Below, piece after piece: positions 15,658 through 29,105 of a DNA stretch of 64,000 nucleotides (its first letter is position 1; each line of letters opens with the position of its first letter). The DNA lies in the NCBI RefSeq assembly GCF_009914755.1, contig NC_060930.1, one strand, 5' to 3'. The notes beneath the pieces are model-generated. The model did not search any database, had not been told where the DNA came from, and worked only from the letters and a program-made list of their open reading frames with translations. This stretch comes from the human T2T-CHM13v2.0 reference genome, Homo sapiens. The position numbers were made by a program, and so were the translations under genes.

Positions 15658-17355
15658 CAAAGTTGCGCTGATGAACAATATGAAGTTATGCCCACACTCA
15701 TTGCCAGGGGAGGCAACATGCTGTTGTCATCAGAAGAGCTGAGTTCAAAACTGACTCTGTTACTGACTATCTGTGTGGCTTTAAGCAGATAATGCTCTAT
15801 GTTTCCATTTTCCCTACGAAAATGGAAAAAATACAAACTCTCCATATTTATTGGAGCCCAAAGGAAGCAATGAGTGTCAAGGCATCAAGCACAATGACCA
15901 GAATATTATGGGTATCCAAGAATGTTATCTGAATCCACATCTATCTGCAGAGGTAGGACTATAATCTCAGTACCTTGTCTCTTTCTTAACCCCATCCATA
16001 ACTACACCCAATGTCTACCCTTTCCCAAATGTACTATAAGGGATTTAAAAAAAAAAGAGGATATGGCATGTCTTACAGAAAGAGAAATATGCACTACAAA
16101 AGCATGGCATTTTTGACTGGCTTTATCTTGTTCATGCTGAAACATATGTAGCAAAGGATTAAATGTGTAATATATAAAAACCCATGTAAATTAAGATGTA
16201 GAAGAAGAGAGATAATGCACAATTTAAGAAATCTATATCTAATATGCAAAGTAGCAGTAAGTGCTCTGGAGAGGAATAGGCCAGGGCAGGTGGTAGAGAT
16301 AGGCAGTATAGAATGAGGTAGAGCTCTATGTACTGACAAAATAAAACATCTATTGTGTGGTTATGTTTTGAAAGGTTACACAGCAAACTGGTAACAATGG
16401 TTACCTCTTGAGAATATAGGAGAATTTGGATGGCACAATAAGGGAAATTTCATTTTTTACTCTGTATAGTTAAATTATTACCTAATTTTTAAAAATCAGA
16501 CACACGTAATTTTTTTGTAATAAAAAAGTAGAATTTTAAAAAATGACAGGAACCACAGCAGAGCTTGATCTTTTTTATAGCACCTTATCTACACATTAAC
16601 TCCTATCCGGTGTCTTAGTGCCAGTGAAAATTAATTTCAACTAAACAAGTCTCCTTCATGTTGTCCAACACTGCCCGTTTGTCAAACTCTCCAATCCAGG
16701 CCTTCCTGCTCCCCACTCATCTCCCCAGTGGCCACTCCATACACCGTGAATTACAGAATTCCAAAGCAAGACAACTAGAATCATGACTAGAATCACTTTT
16801 AGTTGTCAATATGGTGTCAAATCATGTTCCATCTTCCTTCACAATATCTCTTCCATTATCATCAGTCTTTTCTTATCTGGATTATTTCTACTTCTCTCCT
16901 GACACCTTAGTTTGAGCATAACAACCCAGAGGTGTTATTACCACAACTATTTTCTGGAAGCAGTGTTGACTAAAGTGCCCCCTTACTCAAAATGTCTTTA
17001 TTCAAAAACTGAACTGAGAATTTGGCACAAGTCTCATTTCTCTTTAAAATTCCTTCATAGAACTTCTTAGAGTGCATAACCACATTCCCTCTTCCCAATT
17101 ACCAGAAAAAAAAATTCTTAAAAAACAAAAAAAAATTGTCTATCAGGGACAGAGTTGTTCAAATTCTCCTTTGTTTTATGCTTTGTGTTCCCAGGGCTAC
17201 AATTAGCTTATCAATGCTAACCATAGTGAGGGTAGACAAAAAGTTTCTCTTTCTGCTTAAATTAAACAACATTCTCAATAAAACTATCAAACATCCTGAA
17301 TTGATCAACATACAGTTGATAAAAATTTATTGATCTAAAAGAGATAAGATCATCA

Positions 17356-17680
17356 CGGGTGCTGTGACCCACACCTATAATCCTAGCACTTTGGGAGGCC
17401 AAGGAAGGGCAGATCACTTGAAGCCAGGAGTTCGAGACCAGCCTGGCCAACATGGTGAAAACCCATCTCTACTAAAAATACAAAAATTAGCCAGGCGTGG
17501 TGGCGTGCACCTGTAATCCCACCTACTTGAGAGGCTGATGCACGAGAATCACTTGAACCCAGAAGAGTGGAGGTTGCAATTAGCCAAGACTGCACCACAG
17601 CACTCCAGCCTGGGTGACACAGGGAGACTCTATGTCAAAAAAAAAAAAAAGAAAAAAAAAACAAGAAAGAAAGATAAAAA
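17356..17680 (+). mobile_element. Alu
   Basis: Full Alu with A-rich tail. Confidence 0.92.
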
Positions 17681-18594
17681 AGATCAGCTTCTTACTTTTC
17701 AGAACAAAATTAAGAGATGATAGTGAAGAAGGTGAACATACAGAGCATGGAATTATAATGCCTATATTTGGCATACTTACTAACAGTATTAAAAGCTAAA
17801 TATAGATAAGTATTATAGCTGGGGTAAAAAATAGACTAAAATGAGGCTATATAAACATCAAAATTCAGATTCATAAATTCCTTCTTAGGCAAACGGATGT
17901 AGTGTAAAAGTCAAAATAAAATAAACTTTAACAAGAACAGAAGAGGGATTCCTCTTTCCAAGGATGACTTAGATTCTAAATCTATAACCAAGTCCTTTTA
18001 TGACGTGAATTATAAGGAAATAACTTAATGTCATGAGCCTGCAAATATCTATTAAAGTGGATGTTTTCTACACCAACAAACAGACAGACAAGAAAAGCAA
18101 ATGTAGTGACTCAGACATCATGCCTTATTAAGTCTTGGAAACATCTCCAAAAATCACATCACAAATTTAAAAAAATATATGATTAACATGTTCTCTACAG
18201 GATGAGTTACAATGTTTTAAATCCTTTCCTAAAAGCAAAAGGAAGAAAATGAACCTGGCATATTACATTACTGATGAAACTGTGCTGTGTGCAAATAATA
18301 GTTTTTTATAGATGTTCAGTGGCATTTTTGATGGATTGCTTACTACACAGAAGGCAATATATTATTAAATAAAATTCAATAGAATAAATCCAATGGGTAT
18401 GTATGCACACTTTAAGCATTAAAAAAAAAAAGCAAAATCTTTTCTATTAACCTTAGTCATTACCTTTGATCCAAACATGTGACAGGCCAAATTTAATAGA
18501 TACCCTCACTGAAGTGTTGGTGACTATCAACATATACAGGACCATAACATTTAGGTGTCTTTACTTTTAAAGATTGTAATAACATCAACTATGA

Positions 18595-18790
18595 TAATCA
18601 CTATCATTCATTTAGCGCTCAGTATGAGCCAGGTAAGGTACCACATGATTCACTATCATTATTTCATTAAGTCCTCACAATGGCCACATGGAGGTGGTGA
18701 AATTATATACCCACTCTACCGATGAGGAAACTGAGGCTTAGATAGGCTAAGTTAACTGGGTCACTTGGTTTACCATGATTTTAACTTGAG
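18595..18790 (-). mobile_element. MIR
   Basis: Core gatgaggaaactgaggcttaga; edges approximate. Confidence 0.7.
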
Positions 18791-19439
18791 ATTATCTTAT
18801 TTTAGAGGTCCTGTCCTTTTTAAACTGCTCATTTAATTATGCATTATACATGCAATTGAAGAGTGAGAGAGAAAAGCATATTGTGGGAGGTCCGGATAAA
18901 TCTACATTTTCCAAAACTTACTGTGTGATCAGTATGTGATCTGTATCCAACTAAGGGCTTAATACACCTCCTGGAGATTTTATCTCATGGCAACTTGCTT
19001 GGATCAGCTAAGATAAATTAAGAGTATCTTTCTGGATTGGTTTTTCCCTTCCATAAAAGAAGAGATACCAATCTTGAAAACCACTTTAGAGTCTCAGATT
19101 AGGGAGTGGAACCTACCCTTTGAATTTCTGTGTGGATTTATAAAGTCATCACATGGCTAAGGTTTCATACTGGTCATTAATCAGAATTCATAGCTTAGAC
19201 AGTCTTATTAGACTTTACTTTGTTGGGAGGTTGTCCTGAAAAATTAAATGCTGAAAATTGGGAAACTTTTCCAGTTTGTGCAAGATAAGACAAAGTCTTA
19301 AATAAAACACAGAGAATCAAAATACTGCAGGGTATTATTTCATGATCTTTGCATTATTTGATTTGTAGAATAACAATGGGAGGAAGTAGTACAACGACTA
19401 AAAGGGTTTTTTGGTTCGTTTTTTTCTAACTGAACTTAC

Positions 19440-19634
19440 TTTCAACAAGAAGGCTAGTTTTTTCTTCTGTTCTTCCAGCCGCATGCTGGCTGATTTCCAT
19501 TTCTCTTGGATTTCAGCGAGTTCGGCCTGCAAGGCGGCCTCAGCGCCACTGTCCGCCGAGAGAAGGAGTTGCTTGCCAGCCTCCACAGTCAGGATGTAGC
19601 TGCCTTGTTGCCGCAGAAACACTTTTTCTTTGAA
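19440..19634 (-). CDS. SYNE1: SYNE1 exon, 195 nt (FKEKVFLR...LAFLLK)
   Basis: tttcag|TTC...AAA|gtaagt; ORF 19398..19622. Confidence 0.95.
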
Positions 19635-19739
19635 CTGAAAGGAACCATAGCTTTTTATTTTCTCATTCTTTCTTTCATCGTTTCCTTCCCATAAGGATTT
19701 TTAAATGGCCCTAACTTTTGCCCTCTTTCATCCAGCAAG

Positions 19740-20750
19740 CATTTACCGTAGTGGTGCTTTGCACATGCATGCACCAGTGAATAAATGAGTGAGAATACAA
19801 TGGAGACAGGCTTAGTTTCTGTCTCCAAGGTAAGTACGATTGATGTAATAAGATAACCACTCTTTAAGATTGATGCGTGGAAATACAGAGGGACATCTGA
19901 CCCAGCAGGGGGCGCACCAAGAGGCAGAGAGGCTTCCTCAAAGCAGTAAAGGCTGAATGTGTCTTGCGAGACATGAACTTCACCAGATTAAGAAGGACCT
20001 GGTGCGGTGAGATGAGTGTGATCAGGAGTGGAGGAGAGGCCACCTTCTCACAGAGAAATGAGGATGCGCACATTCACTATATGAGAAAAATATGATAAAT
20101 TCAGGAAACTAAGTATGGTTTTCAGTGGCTGGAGTGTGGATGGCATGTGAGAGAGTGGTAGGAGATGAGGCCAGACGACATCTTGCAGAAATTTGGTTTT
20201 TATACTAAAAGTGACTGGGGTTCACAGAAGAATATTGATGTTGGGATTAAAGTTTTCATAAAAGCACTCAGGAATCGAGTAAAAGTAGAATGGAAGAAGG
20301 ATGTGTGTTGGATATACTAAGATTAGGAAGCTATTGTCTATCTGGGCAAGAAATCGCGAGCACCTAACCAAGGCAGTGGCAGCAGGGATGTAGAGTTAGG
20401 GAGATTAGATAAGGGGATGATAGACAAGGAGAAGTATAGCTCTCAAATTATTCTAGGATTCCTAGACTAATGGCACTTCCTGGAAGTGTGATGGGAAAGG
20501 GAGAAAAGTTGGTCCAGAGACCACAGGTTCTGCTGGGACCCACAGGGTACAAGGCATCTGTGATGCACATAGACATAAACTCACAAGGTGGTTAGAAACA
20601 CAAGTCAAAAGCACAGCAGGTAAATATGACCAGAAGATATGAATATGCCCCTTCTCTGCTGGCAGGGGGCAGTTGAAGTCATGTCTGAGAATGAGGGCTC
20701 TCAGAGAAATTTGGAGGAGAAACGAACGAAAGAACAGTGACTTTAAGGGA
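19740..20750. mobile_element. L2 relic
   Basis: Purine-rich L2-like tracts (gtggctggagtg...ggagatgaggccaga...aaggcagtggcagcagggatg); edges approximate. Confidence 0.55.
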
Positions 20751-21243
20751 AGAGGAACTCATTGGATACACTGGGGAGAACTCACTAGAGTGATAGGAGA
20801 TATCTCTCTAAGATGCTAGAAGCCTGAAGGTAAGGGGCAACCTGGAAATGAACAAAGAACTCAAACAGGACAGGGCTTCCTGTCTTCTTTGGAGTACTCA
20901 AGTTACGTGTTTAAATTGCTCAAGAATAAAATGTATGCAAGCAACATGAAGTTTTTCTTCCCTTGCCATTACCTTTTCATCCCTGCTGGGATTTAGTGAG
21001 CTGCGGCAGGCCATAGTGTGTGAAGTGTAAGCAGCCTTTGTGAGAGGCTGGGGCTTACTATCATTTCACCATTAGATATGGGCTTTGTATTGCAATCATT
21101 TTGTATATTTCTGTTGACATTTGAGAACAATGTTTGTCCCAGCTGCAATGTCACTCTAGAGTCCTTTTGAAAAACCGAGGCGAAGGTAAAGTGTGCGGTG
21201 GAAATGCCTAAGAGGTGTGAGAACACTGTGTTTTGCATCTTAC

Positions 21244-21478
21244 CTGCACTTCATCAAAGAGGGTCCTTGCTTGTTGCAGTGGTATAGGAACACTTCCGAG
21301 ACCACTCATGGGGAGGTAGGACACTTCAACCAACCATTTACGAAGCTTTTCTGCCATCTCCCTATAGCGCTGCCACTGGCGAATCTGGCTGTCAATGATC
21401 CCCCGCCTCTGCTGGGCCCTGCGAATCACTCCCTGCCATTGATTACTGAGGAGTGTCAATTTCAGGTTGAATTCATCC
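21244..21478 (-). CDS. SYNE1: SYNE1 exon, 235 nt (R-DEFNLKL...LFDEVQ)
   Basis: cactag|G GAT...CAG|gtaaga; phase 2-0; ORF 21208..21537. Confidence 0.95.
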
Positions 21479-22717
21479 CTAGTGAAGAAATAATTACATG
21501 GTAAAAAAGCACTGTTATCTTGGATGCAGTTACGCAATCAGCCAATGTATACACTGTCAACAACCCTAAGCCCTGAGAAGTGATCTAGGGCGGTGGTTTT
21601 TGAATATCATGCCATGATCTCTTACTGGGTTTTGGGTCTATTGCAATTAATTTTTAAAATTAAACCACCAGTGTTTGCAAATGGTGAGTGTTTTCATGTC
21701 TCAGCATAGGTTGAAGGCAAATATACAATAAGGTCATTGTCCTTCACTGTCTCCCTGAGAGCATGAGAGGGGAGGAGTGGACAGCTGCAGGTGCAACGGG
21801 AATAGCTGCAAATCCTAAGCAGCTCCATAGCAACATGTGCAGCTCGTGATGATGATATCGTCTTGTGGGACACACTGCAGGAAAATGTGTGGAACAAGGC
21901 TTATGTAGAACCTCTGTCTTCAGTTCGAATCATAAGCCACTTGAATCAAATTATGTAATTTAAAAAGATTTTTTAAAAACTGTACTCCATAAACTCTCTC
22001 AGTATTCCCTCACAATAAACAGCCCCAACCTTTAGCAAATCATTCCAGATGTTCATCTGAATTATCTCTTCTACATTGTAGGCTGACTTCACTTTATTCT
22101 TAGAAAGATGAAAACTTGTTATCATAGTCTGTATAAATGTCATTAATATATTTAGAAATAATAAATTTTACTTAAGATTTCTCAAGTTCAGGCTAAAGTA
22201 TATCAGGTCTTCTTATGTGTTCTTACCTCTCTGTTTTCTGGCTTTAAAAAAATATAGGTAGTTCTTTATTACGTTTTATTTAATATTTAATTTATGGCTC
22301 TAGAACTGGCTAGTAAGAGTCTGTCCCGCATGAAACAGAATGAGTTTCTATGTAGATTACAGTGTTATTCACACCTAAAGTGCAAGTAATGTTGCACTTT
22401 AATACTAAACACTTGCACTTCTCTATTACAATAGTTTTGCTTTTCTTCCTCAGATATACTATCCTCTTCTCTTGAGGGTAGCATCAACTTTGAATTGGAC
22501 TTGCTATTGTGAACTTGTATCTTCTTGAAACTTCCTATTATCCAGAACCACTATAAACTTTGATTTTGTAACCAAATATGCTGTTAGTCCTAGAAACTTA
22601 TTTAATGACTCAACTTAAACAAAAGGTGAATAACACCCAGACAACGTCAACAAAACAAGTATTAAAAATAAAATGTACTAAGTAAAGCCTCTGCAAAAAA
22701 TTTCGTATGCCCTCTCA

Positions 22718-23043
<326 letters not shown>

Positions 23044-24766
23044 TCCATGTGATAGCTACTTAGATTTTGATGATGACTTCTGTTTTTGAAAGGAAATTTT
23101 GCTGTATTAATCAATGTACTAGCATTCAAGTGTGATGAATTAGGTTCATGATACTTCCCTAAAAGTTACAAGCATCTGTCATCGCAGAAAATGTACAACT
23201 CCAGGACTTGAGAATATCGTATAATCTTGCTTTCCCTACCAGGTAACCATCCAAGGCCTCTTAGGATTCCCCACCCTCTCTTGATACAACCAAGCTGTCC
23301 CAAACTACCTGCCAGCATGAGGAATTACTTAAAACATGACACTGTTCCCTGTGCTGAACTTGAAGCTCTAAAAAACGTAACTCATAAATTAACTTTCAGA
23401 ACAAAATACACTTGCAATCTGAGGCCTTCTTATTGTCAGTAGGCTCTAATCTGATTTTTTTTTCCCTTCAACTTTCAAAATTCTTTACCCTCAAGTCTAA
23501 CCTCCCATTTTCATCTCTTTGGTGTATTTTCCCTAAATGTTAGTATTGAAAAGTTAATAGATGCTGGCTTGCATGTGAGTATTTAATTTTTATTTTACTT
23601 AATGACTCAAACATTTATAATATTGTTATAGAGTTGGCTAAGAAATGATAAAGCAAAAGATAAAAGTTAATTGTATTTGAATTTGTTTTATTTTCAAGGC
23701 CTTAAATTCTCAGGAAAGCTCCCATTTAAGTTTGGCTTACTTAGAGTAGAATAAATATAATATCACATTCTGTTGTTCCAAGCTTAACCATGAAGATCTT
23801 TTATGTACTTCCAAAGAAATAGCCACTTAAAACTGAAATTGCTTCTACAACATTAAAGACAAAACTCTCAATAAAAATAATTTATTTTTTATTTTTTGAA
23901 AAAATATCAAATTAATTTTAGTCACAACTACTGGTTCCTAAATATGAGAAAGGTATACATATGTAATAGAACACATGAGGCTAATACTCCAAATATCACC
24001 ACGGAAAGTCGATTAGATAAAGTAAATATTGTTCCTAGGAAATGTAAATATAGTATGAAATTGTCATTTCTCATACCATAAATCTGGGGAGAAGCTAAAT
24101 TTTTACCTCTCCATTTTTAATAAAGAGATAATTTGCTATTGTAAATGAAAAGGAAGAAAAGATTTCAGGCGGCATGTAATCTGACTTAAGGTAGCAAACC
24201 ATTTTCAAACACAGAATTCTCATGGCATGAGAAAGCTGGCTGGTATGATCCAGTACTGACTGAAAACCAGACATGAGCTCCAGGCCTGATTCTGCTGCTA
24301 CTTAGTTCTGTGACCCTGGTCAAATCAGTTCACATTTGTGGATTTTGGGTTTTTCATCTATAAGTAAGAGAGATGGGCTAGTGATCTCTATGCTCCTTTT
24401 ACAAAAAAATTTCTGTAATTATATAAGAATATTAGAAGCATCTGTTTACAAACCGTTGATAGGTCATTGATATGGTTCATGCTGATCTATTCATTAATTC
24501 CATTTCCTACAGATGACTAGTGAAGGTTGGCTAGGTGATTTCCAATTACTCTATGCCCTTCATATAATATAATAGCAGCTCTCCAAAAAAGATTCAATAC
24601 TCATTCATTTCAGAGATTGAGACAAGTTTCTCCTCCAATTACTGAGGCCCCACTACAGTTCAATTGCCTCAGGAAGATTGGATATATGCCCTCCAATCTG
24701 CTCATTAAAAAGAAAATGACTAATTTACTGGAACCTTTCTTTGTAATAATTTATCAAAGATCCTAC

Positions 24767-24861
24767 CTGTCATCAACTTGACCTTGTTCTAGAAGACGTT
24801 GCCCATCAATAATGATTGAGTGCAAAATCTGCTGACGACTGAACATCTCGGCTTGAAACAA
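24767..24861 (-). CDS. SYNE1: SYNE1 exon, 95 nt (LFQAEMFS...GQVDD-R)
   Basis: ttatag|TTG...AG|gtagga; phase 0-2. Confidence 0.93.
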
Positions 24862-25377
24862 CTATAATTTAAAAAAAAGAAGAACATACTTTAGAGTTCC
24901 TAATTTTAGTGATCGGTTCTCTGATAACTTTCCAAATATTCTAGTTTTCGCAAGACTATGAAAGCTATCACCAGCTGAACCAGAAAATGTGTGAAATCCT
25001 GCAGTTTAGGAATCATTTATTTTTAAATCATCAATTAAGATACACTCAAAGATAAAGTTTAGTGTTTGGTTTACTAAAACTAGATGACCAAAAGTAGAAT
25101 TATATTTCTCTTCTTTCTTTCAAAAACACCTAATAAAGTAAGTTAATGCACAATTTGTTTTCTGGTTTATTTTGTATATAAAATATGGTCCATATTCAAA
25201 ACTTAGAGAATAGCTTAGGACCGTTAAAGAAGTCAAAGAAAAAAAATAGCCTAGTCTTTTTCTGTCTTTTAAAACTCACTGTTTTTAAGTTTTAAATTTT
25301 AAAATTAATAAATTTTAATAAATTTATTTCACTATTTTAAAAAACTCAAGAGAAGGTCCTTCGAATTATTTCTACTG

Positions 25378-26120
25378 TTTTTTAAACAACTTTATTGAGT
25401 AACAATTCACATACCATACAATTCACTCATTTAAAATGTTCAATTTAGTGGTGTTTATTATATTTACAGACTTTACAATCATTACCACAATCAATTTTAG
25501 AATTTTCATTGCCCCAAAAAGAAAGTCCATCCTCATTAGCAATCATTCCCCATTTCTTCCCAATCCTCCAGCCTTCAGCAACCACTCATCTATTTTATGT
25601 CTCTATGAATTACTTACTCTGGACATTTCTTGTAAATGGAATCTTGCGATATGTAGTCTTTTGTGACTGGTTTCTTTCCCTTGGCATAATGTTTCCAAGG
25701 TTCATACATGTTGCAACATATATCAGTACCTTATTCCTTTTTATTGCAAATAGTATTCTATTATATAGACATTTCACATTTTATTTATCCATTTATCAGT
25801 TGATGGACATTTGGGTTGTCTCCACCTTTTGGCTATTATGACTAATGCTCCTATAAATAATGTACTTACACAAGTTTTTGTGTGGACACATATTTTCATT
25901 TATCCTGAGTATATACCTAGGAGTGGAATTTCTGGGTTATATGATTACTCTACGTAACTCTATATGGTAACTCTATGTTAACTGTTTTCCAAAGCAGCTT
26001 CACCATTTTACATTCCCATCAGCAATGTATTAGGGTTCCAATTCCTTTACACCCTCACCAAAATTTGTTATTTTTTCATTATAGTCATCCTTGTGGGTGT
26101 GAGATGCAATCTCATTGTAG
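25378..26120 (-). mobile_element. L1MB-type 3' fragment
   Basis: aactttattgag...ttcacataccatacaattcactcatttaaa; gatggacatttgggttg; cattcccatcagcaatg. Confidence 0.85.
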
Positions 26121-26884
26121 TCTTTTTTCTATTATTTCATCATCTGTCAATTCAACAAAACTGGATTTAAAAATACCTTAGATATCTTTAAATTTTCTAT
26201 TTAAAAAATTCTGAATTAAGTTTTTCTTTTCTCTTAGGTAAGACCTATCTCTCCATGTGCATATCATTCATAAATACACAAACTGACTTAGTTATACCGG
26301 TAAATAGCAACATAAGGATTAACAGTGGGCAAATTTATTAATTTACTTTGTGTATATAGTTCTTCTCCCTCTTTGTTTCTTAAGAAATAATTATAATGCA
26401 ATTTAATCAAGAGGTACACCTGGAGACATTTGATAGATTGATTTCCTGGTATAAAATTCATATACGCTCTTTGAAGATCACAAAATTTTTAAAGACTTTT
26501 GATCAAAGCATAGTCTCTTAAGCAATTGTCCTTGGCATATTAAAGTAGTCTCTAACCCAGTTTGAAAATTGTCTAACTATCTATACACGTTCCACCAACT
26601 TTGCCTGTCTCGAGTAAGTAGCCTTTAACCACAATTCTGGCATTATACTTTACAAGGAACTGAAGATTGACACGTGCTTATAAACAATCATGGAGCAGCG
26701 AATAGGACTACATTTTTATAATTAAGTTATCAAAACCTCAAGCTTAAGAAAGAAGGCAAAATGATGCATGCATTTAGACACTCGTGCAAAGGGCATGATT
26801 TTAATTCTCCCACACAGCATTTCGTAGCATCTTCTAAGGGCCTAAAAATTTCTTATTACCCCCAAATCTACTGATACAACTTAC

Positions 26885-27032
26885 CTCGTGTGCTCTCTGC
26901 TGTTCCAAAAGGTGCTGATAATTTCCTGAAATCTCTACTGCTAACTTTTGTTCTGTCTGAACTAGGAATTCCATCCATGTTTCACATTTTTCCAAGAAAG
27001 TCTGATGTTGTAGCAAAAATGACTGCAACTTG
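26885..27032 (-). CDS. SYNE1: SYNE1 exon, 148 nt (S-KLQSFLL...QQRAHE)
   Basis: tttcag|C AAG...GAG|gtaagt; phase 2-0; ORF 26834..27058. Confidence 0.95.
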
Positions 27033-27191
27033 CTGAAAGAACAAAGGGCAAGGAACAATGGTTATTTCACTGCTTATTCTTACATCTCTAGCATATAAAA
27101 CTAGATTAAATAATCCCTGTGCTCAATTCTAATTGAACCACCACAAAGCTTTCATGTCAGGTGGTAAAATTATTTTAAAAAAGAAGAAAGA

Positions 27192-27483
27192 GGCCAGTTG
27201 CAGTGGCTCACGCCTGTAATCCCAACACTTTGGGAGACTGAGGTGGACAGATCACCTGAGGTCAGGAGTTGTAGACCAGCCTGGTCAACATGGTGAAACC
27301 CCATCTCTACTAAAAATACAAAAATTAGCCGGGTGTGGTGGTGTGTGACTGTAATCCCAGCTACTTGGGATGCTGAGACAGGAGAATTGCTTGAACCCAA
27401 CATTGCAGTGAGCCGAGATTGTGCCTTTGCACTCCAGCCTGGGTGACAAGAATGAAACTCCGTCTCAAAAAAAAAAAAAAAAA
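27192..27483 (+). mobile_element. AluS-like
   Basis: Alu motifs, small right-arm deletion, A-tail. Confidence 0.93.
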
Positions 27484-27738
27484 GAAGAAAGAAAGTTGAA
27501 AAAATGTAGAAGTTTAAAATGTACCTCTTTTAAAATGATAAAAATTATGTATATACTTTTAATATATTCTCACTTAAAAGAGTTTTCTGATTAAAGTGCT
27601 ATTTAGTACACTAAACATGAGAAACGACTTTACAATTTGAATTTCCCACTTTTAGTTCAAATTTTGTCAGTGCTATGGGAAAGATCAGAATTTATAAACA
27701 TACACAAGTCATGAGCTTATATTCTATTGATACATTGG

Positions 27739-28143
27739 TGCTATGGTGTGAATGTATCCCTTCCATAATTCAGGTGATGAAACTTCGTGGTGAATGTTGG
27801 TAGTATTCTGAGGCAGAGCCTTTACACGGTGATTAGGCCATGAGGACTCCTCCTTTGTCAATGGGATTAAGGGTCTTTTAAAAGAAGATTCACACAGCGT
27901 TCAGCACTGTTGTCCTTCTGCCTTCCACTGTGTGAGGACACAGCAACTCTCCCCTCCTGAGGATGCAGCAAAACCTGCCCTCTTGAAAGCAGAGAGCAGC
28001 CCTCACCAGACAACTGAATCTGCTAGCACCTTGACTGCGGACTTCCCAGTCTCCAGAACTGTGAGACTGTTCAACATTTCTGTTCTTTATAAATTATGCA
28101 TTCTGTAGTATTTTGACATAGCGGCACAAACCAGACTAAGACA
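27739..28143 (+). mobile_element. MaLR (MST-family) solo LTR
   Basis: TGCTATGG...GACTAAGACA ends, ctccagaactgtgaga motif, 5-bp TSD a(t/c)tgg; ends 35 nt from an exon donor. Confidence 0.88.
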
Positions 28144-28178
28144 ACTGGAGCAACCAAGACATCTCTTGTTTACTCTAC

Positions 28179-28333
28179 CTGAATCTTTCTGTAGTCTGAG
28201 AGGAGATCAGAGACCAATGGCGGTTCAGATTCTGCATTCTTTTGATTTCCTTATCATTCAAGGGTAACCTATATCCAAGCTCATTTAGACGGTCTAAATC
28301 TGGAGCCATGCTGCTGAATTTTAACATCTGTCC
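28179..28333 (-). CDS. SYNE1: SYNE1 exon, 155 nt (GQMLKFSS...TTERF-S)
   Basis: ttctag|GGA...AG|gtagag; phase 0-2. Confidence 0.93.
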
Positions 28334-28589
28334 CTAGAAGGAAGATTTAAAAGTAGGTTTAGCACCATGGTCAAAAAAGTCAAAACTTTTTCAAAGTGCG
28401 CAGTGAATTTCTGATTTCAGGAAGTAGCTGGTCTTCGGTCTAGTGGCCTCTGCATTTCTAGGCCACTTACTTACAATCTCTAGGTACGAATAGCGAAAAG
28501 CCAAATCTACTATTCAGTCTAAACTGCTGCTGCTGCTGCTATTGCTACTCAAGCTACTCATTATCCTTTATGGACTACTTAACGTGTAT

Positions 28590-28785
28590 TCTGTTATTTA
28601 CTTGATATATTATTTACTTGTATGGTTTATACATACAAATATATTATTTACTTTATTTACACGTATTATATTATTTACTTGATTTTTATTACGTGTATTA
28701 TATTACATATACTATTTACTTGATTTACTCATATGTAATTATATTACAAGTATTATATTATTTACTTGATTTATTTACTCATAGG
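28590..28785. repeat. Degenerate AT-rich repeat built on TATTATTTACTTGAT
   Basis: TATTTAC occurs 8 times in 184 bp. Confidence 0.8.
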
Positions 28786-28914
28786 CAATTCTTGACAGAA
28801 CTGATTAAGGATGAAAATTATGCTGATAAGTAAAAGACCTTACTTCTTACCATTTACGTTTAATTTGTTCATGCTAATTTCCTCCTTTATTATTCACAAC
28901 TAACAAAAGTTATA

Positions 28915-29105
28915 ACAGTGATAGCTAACGTTTATTGAGCACTTACTATGAATCAAGCACTGACAAGAGCTTTACAAGTAAGAACTCATTTTATCCTCAA
29001 AACGATCACATAAGATAAGTCATGCTGCTATTCTCTCTTTACAAGGGAGGAAAGGGAGGCACAGAAACTAAGTAAATTGCTCCAGGCCAGCCAGCTAGTA
29101 AATGG
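28915..29105 (-). mobile_element. MIR
   Basis: agctaacgtttattgagcacttactatg...gaggcacaga; edges approximate. Confidence 0.65.

Noticed and set aside
28590-28785. CRISPR-like repeat-spacer array
   Set aside because: Units short and degenerate, spacers irregular and low-complexity, eukaryotic context, no cas genes
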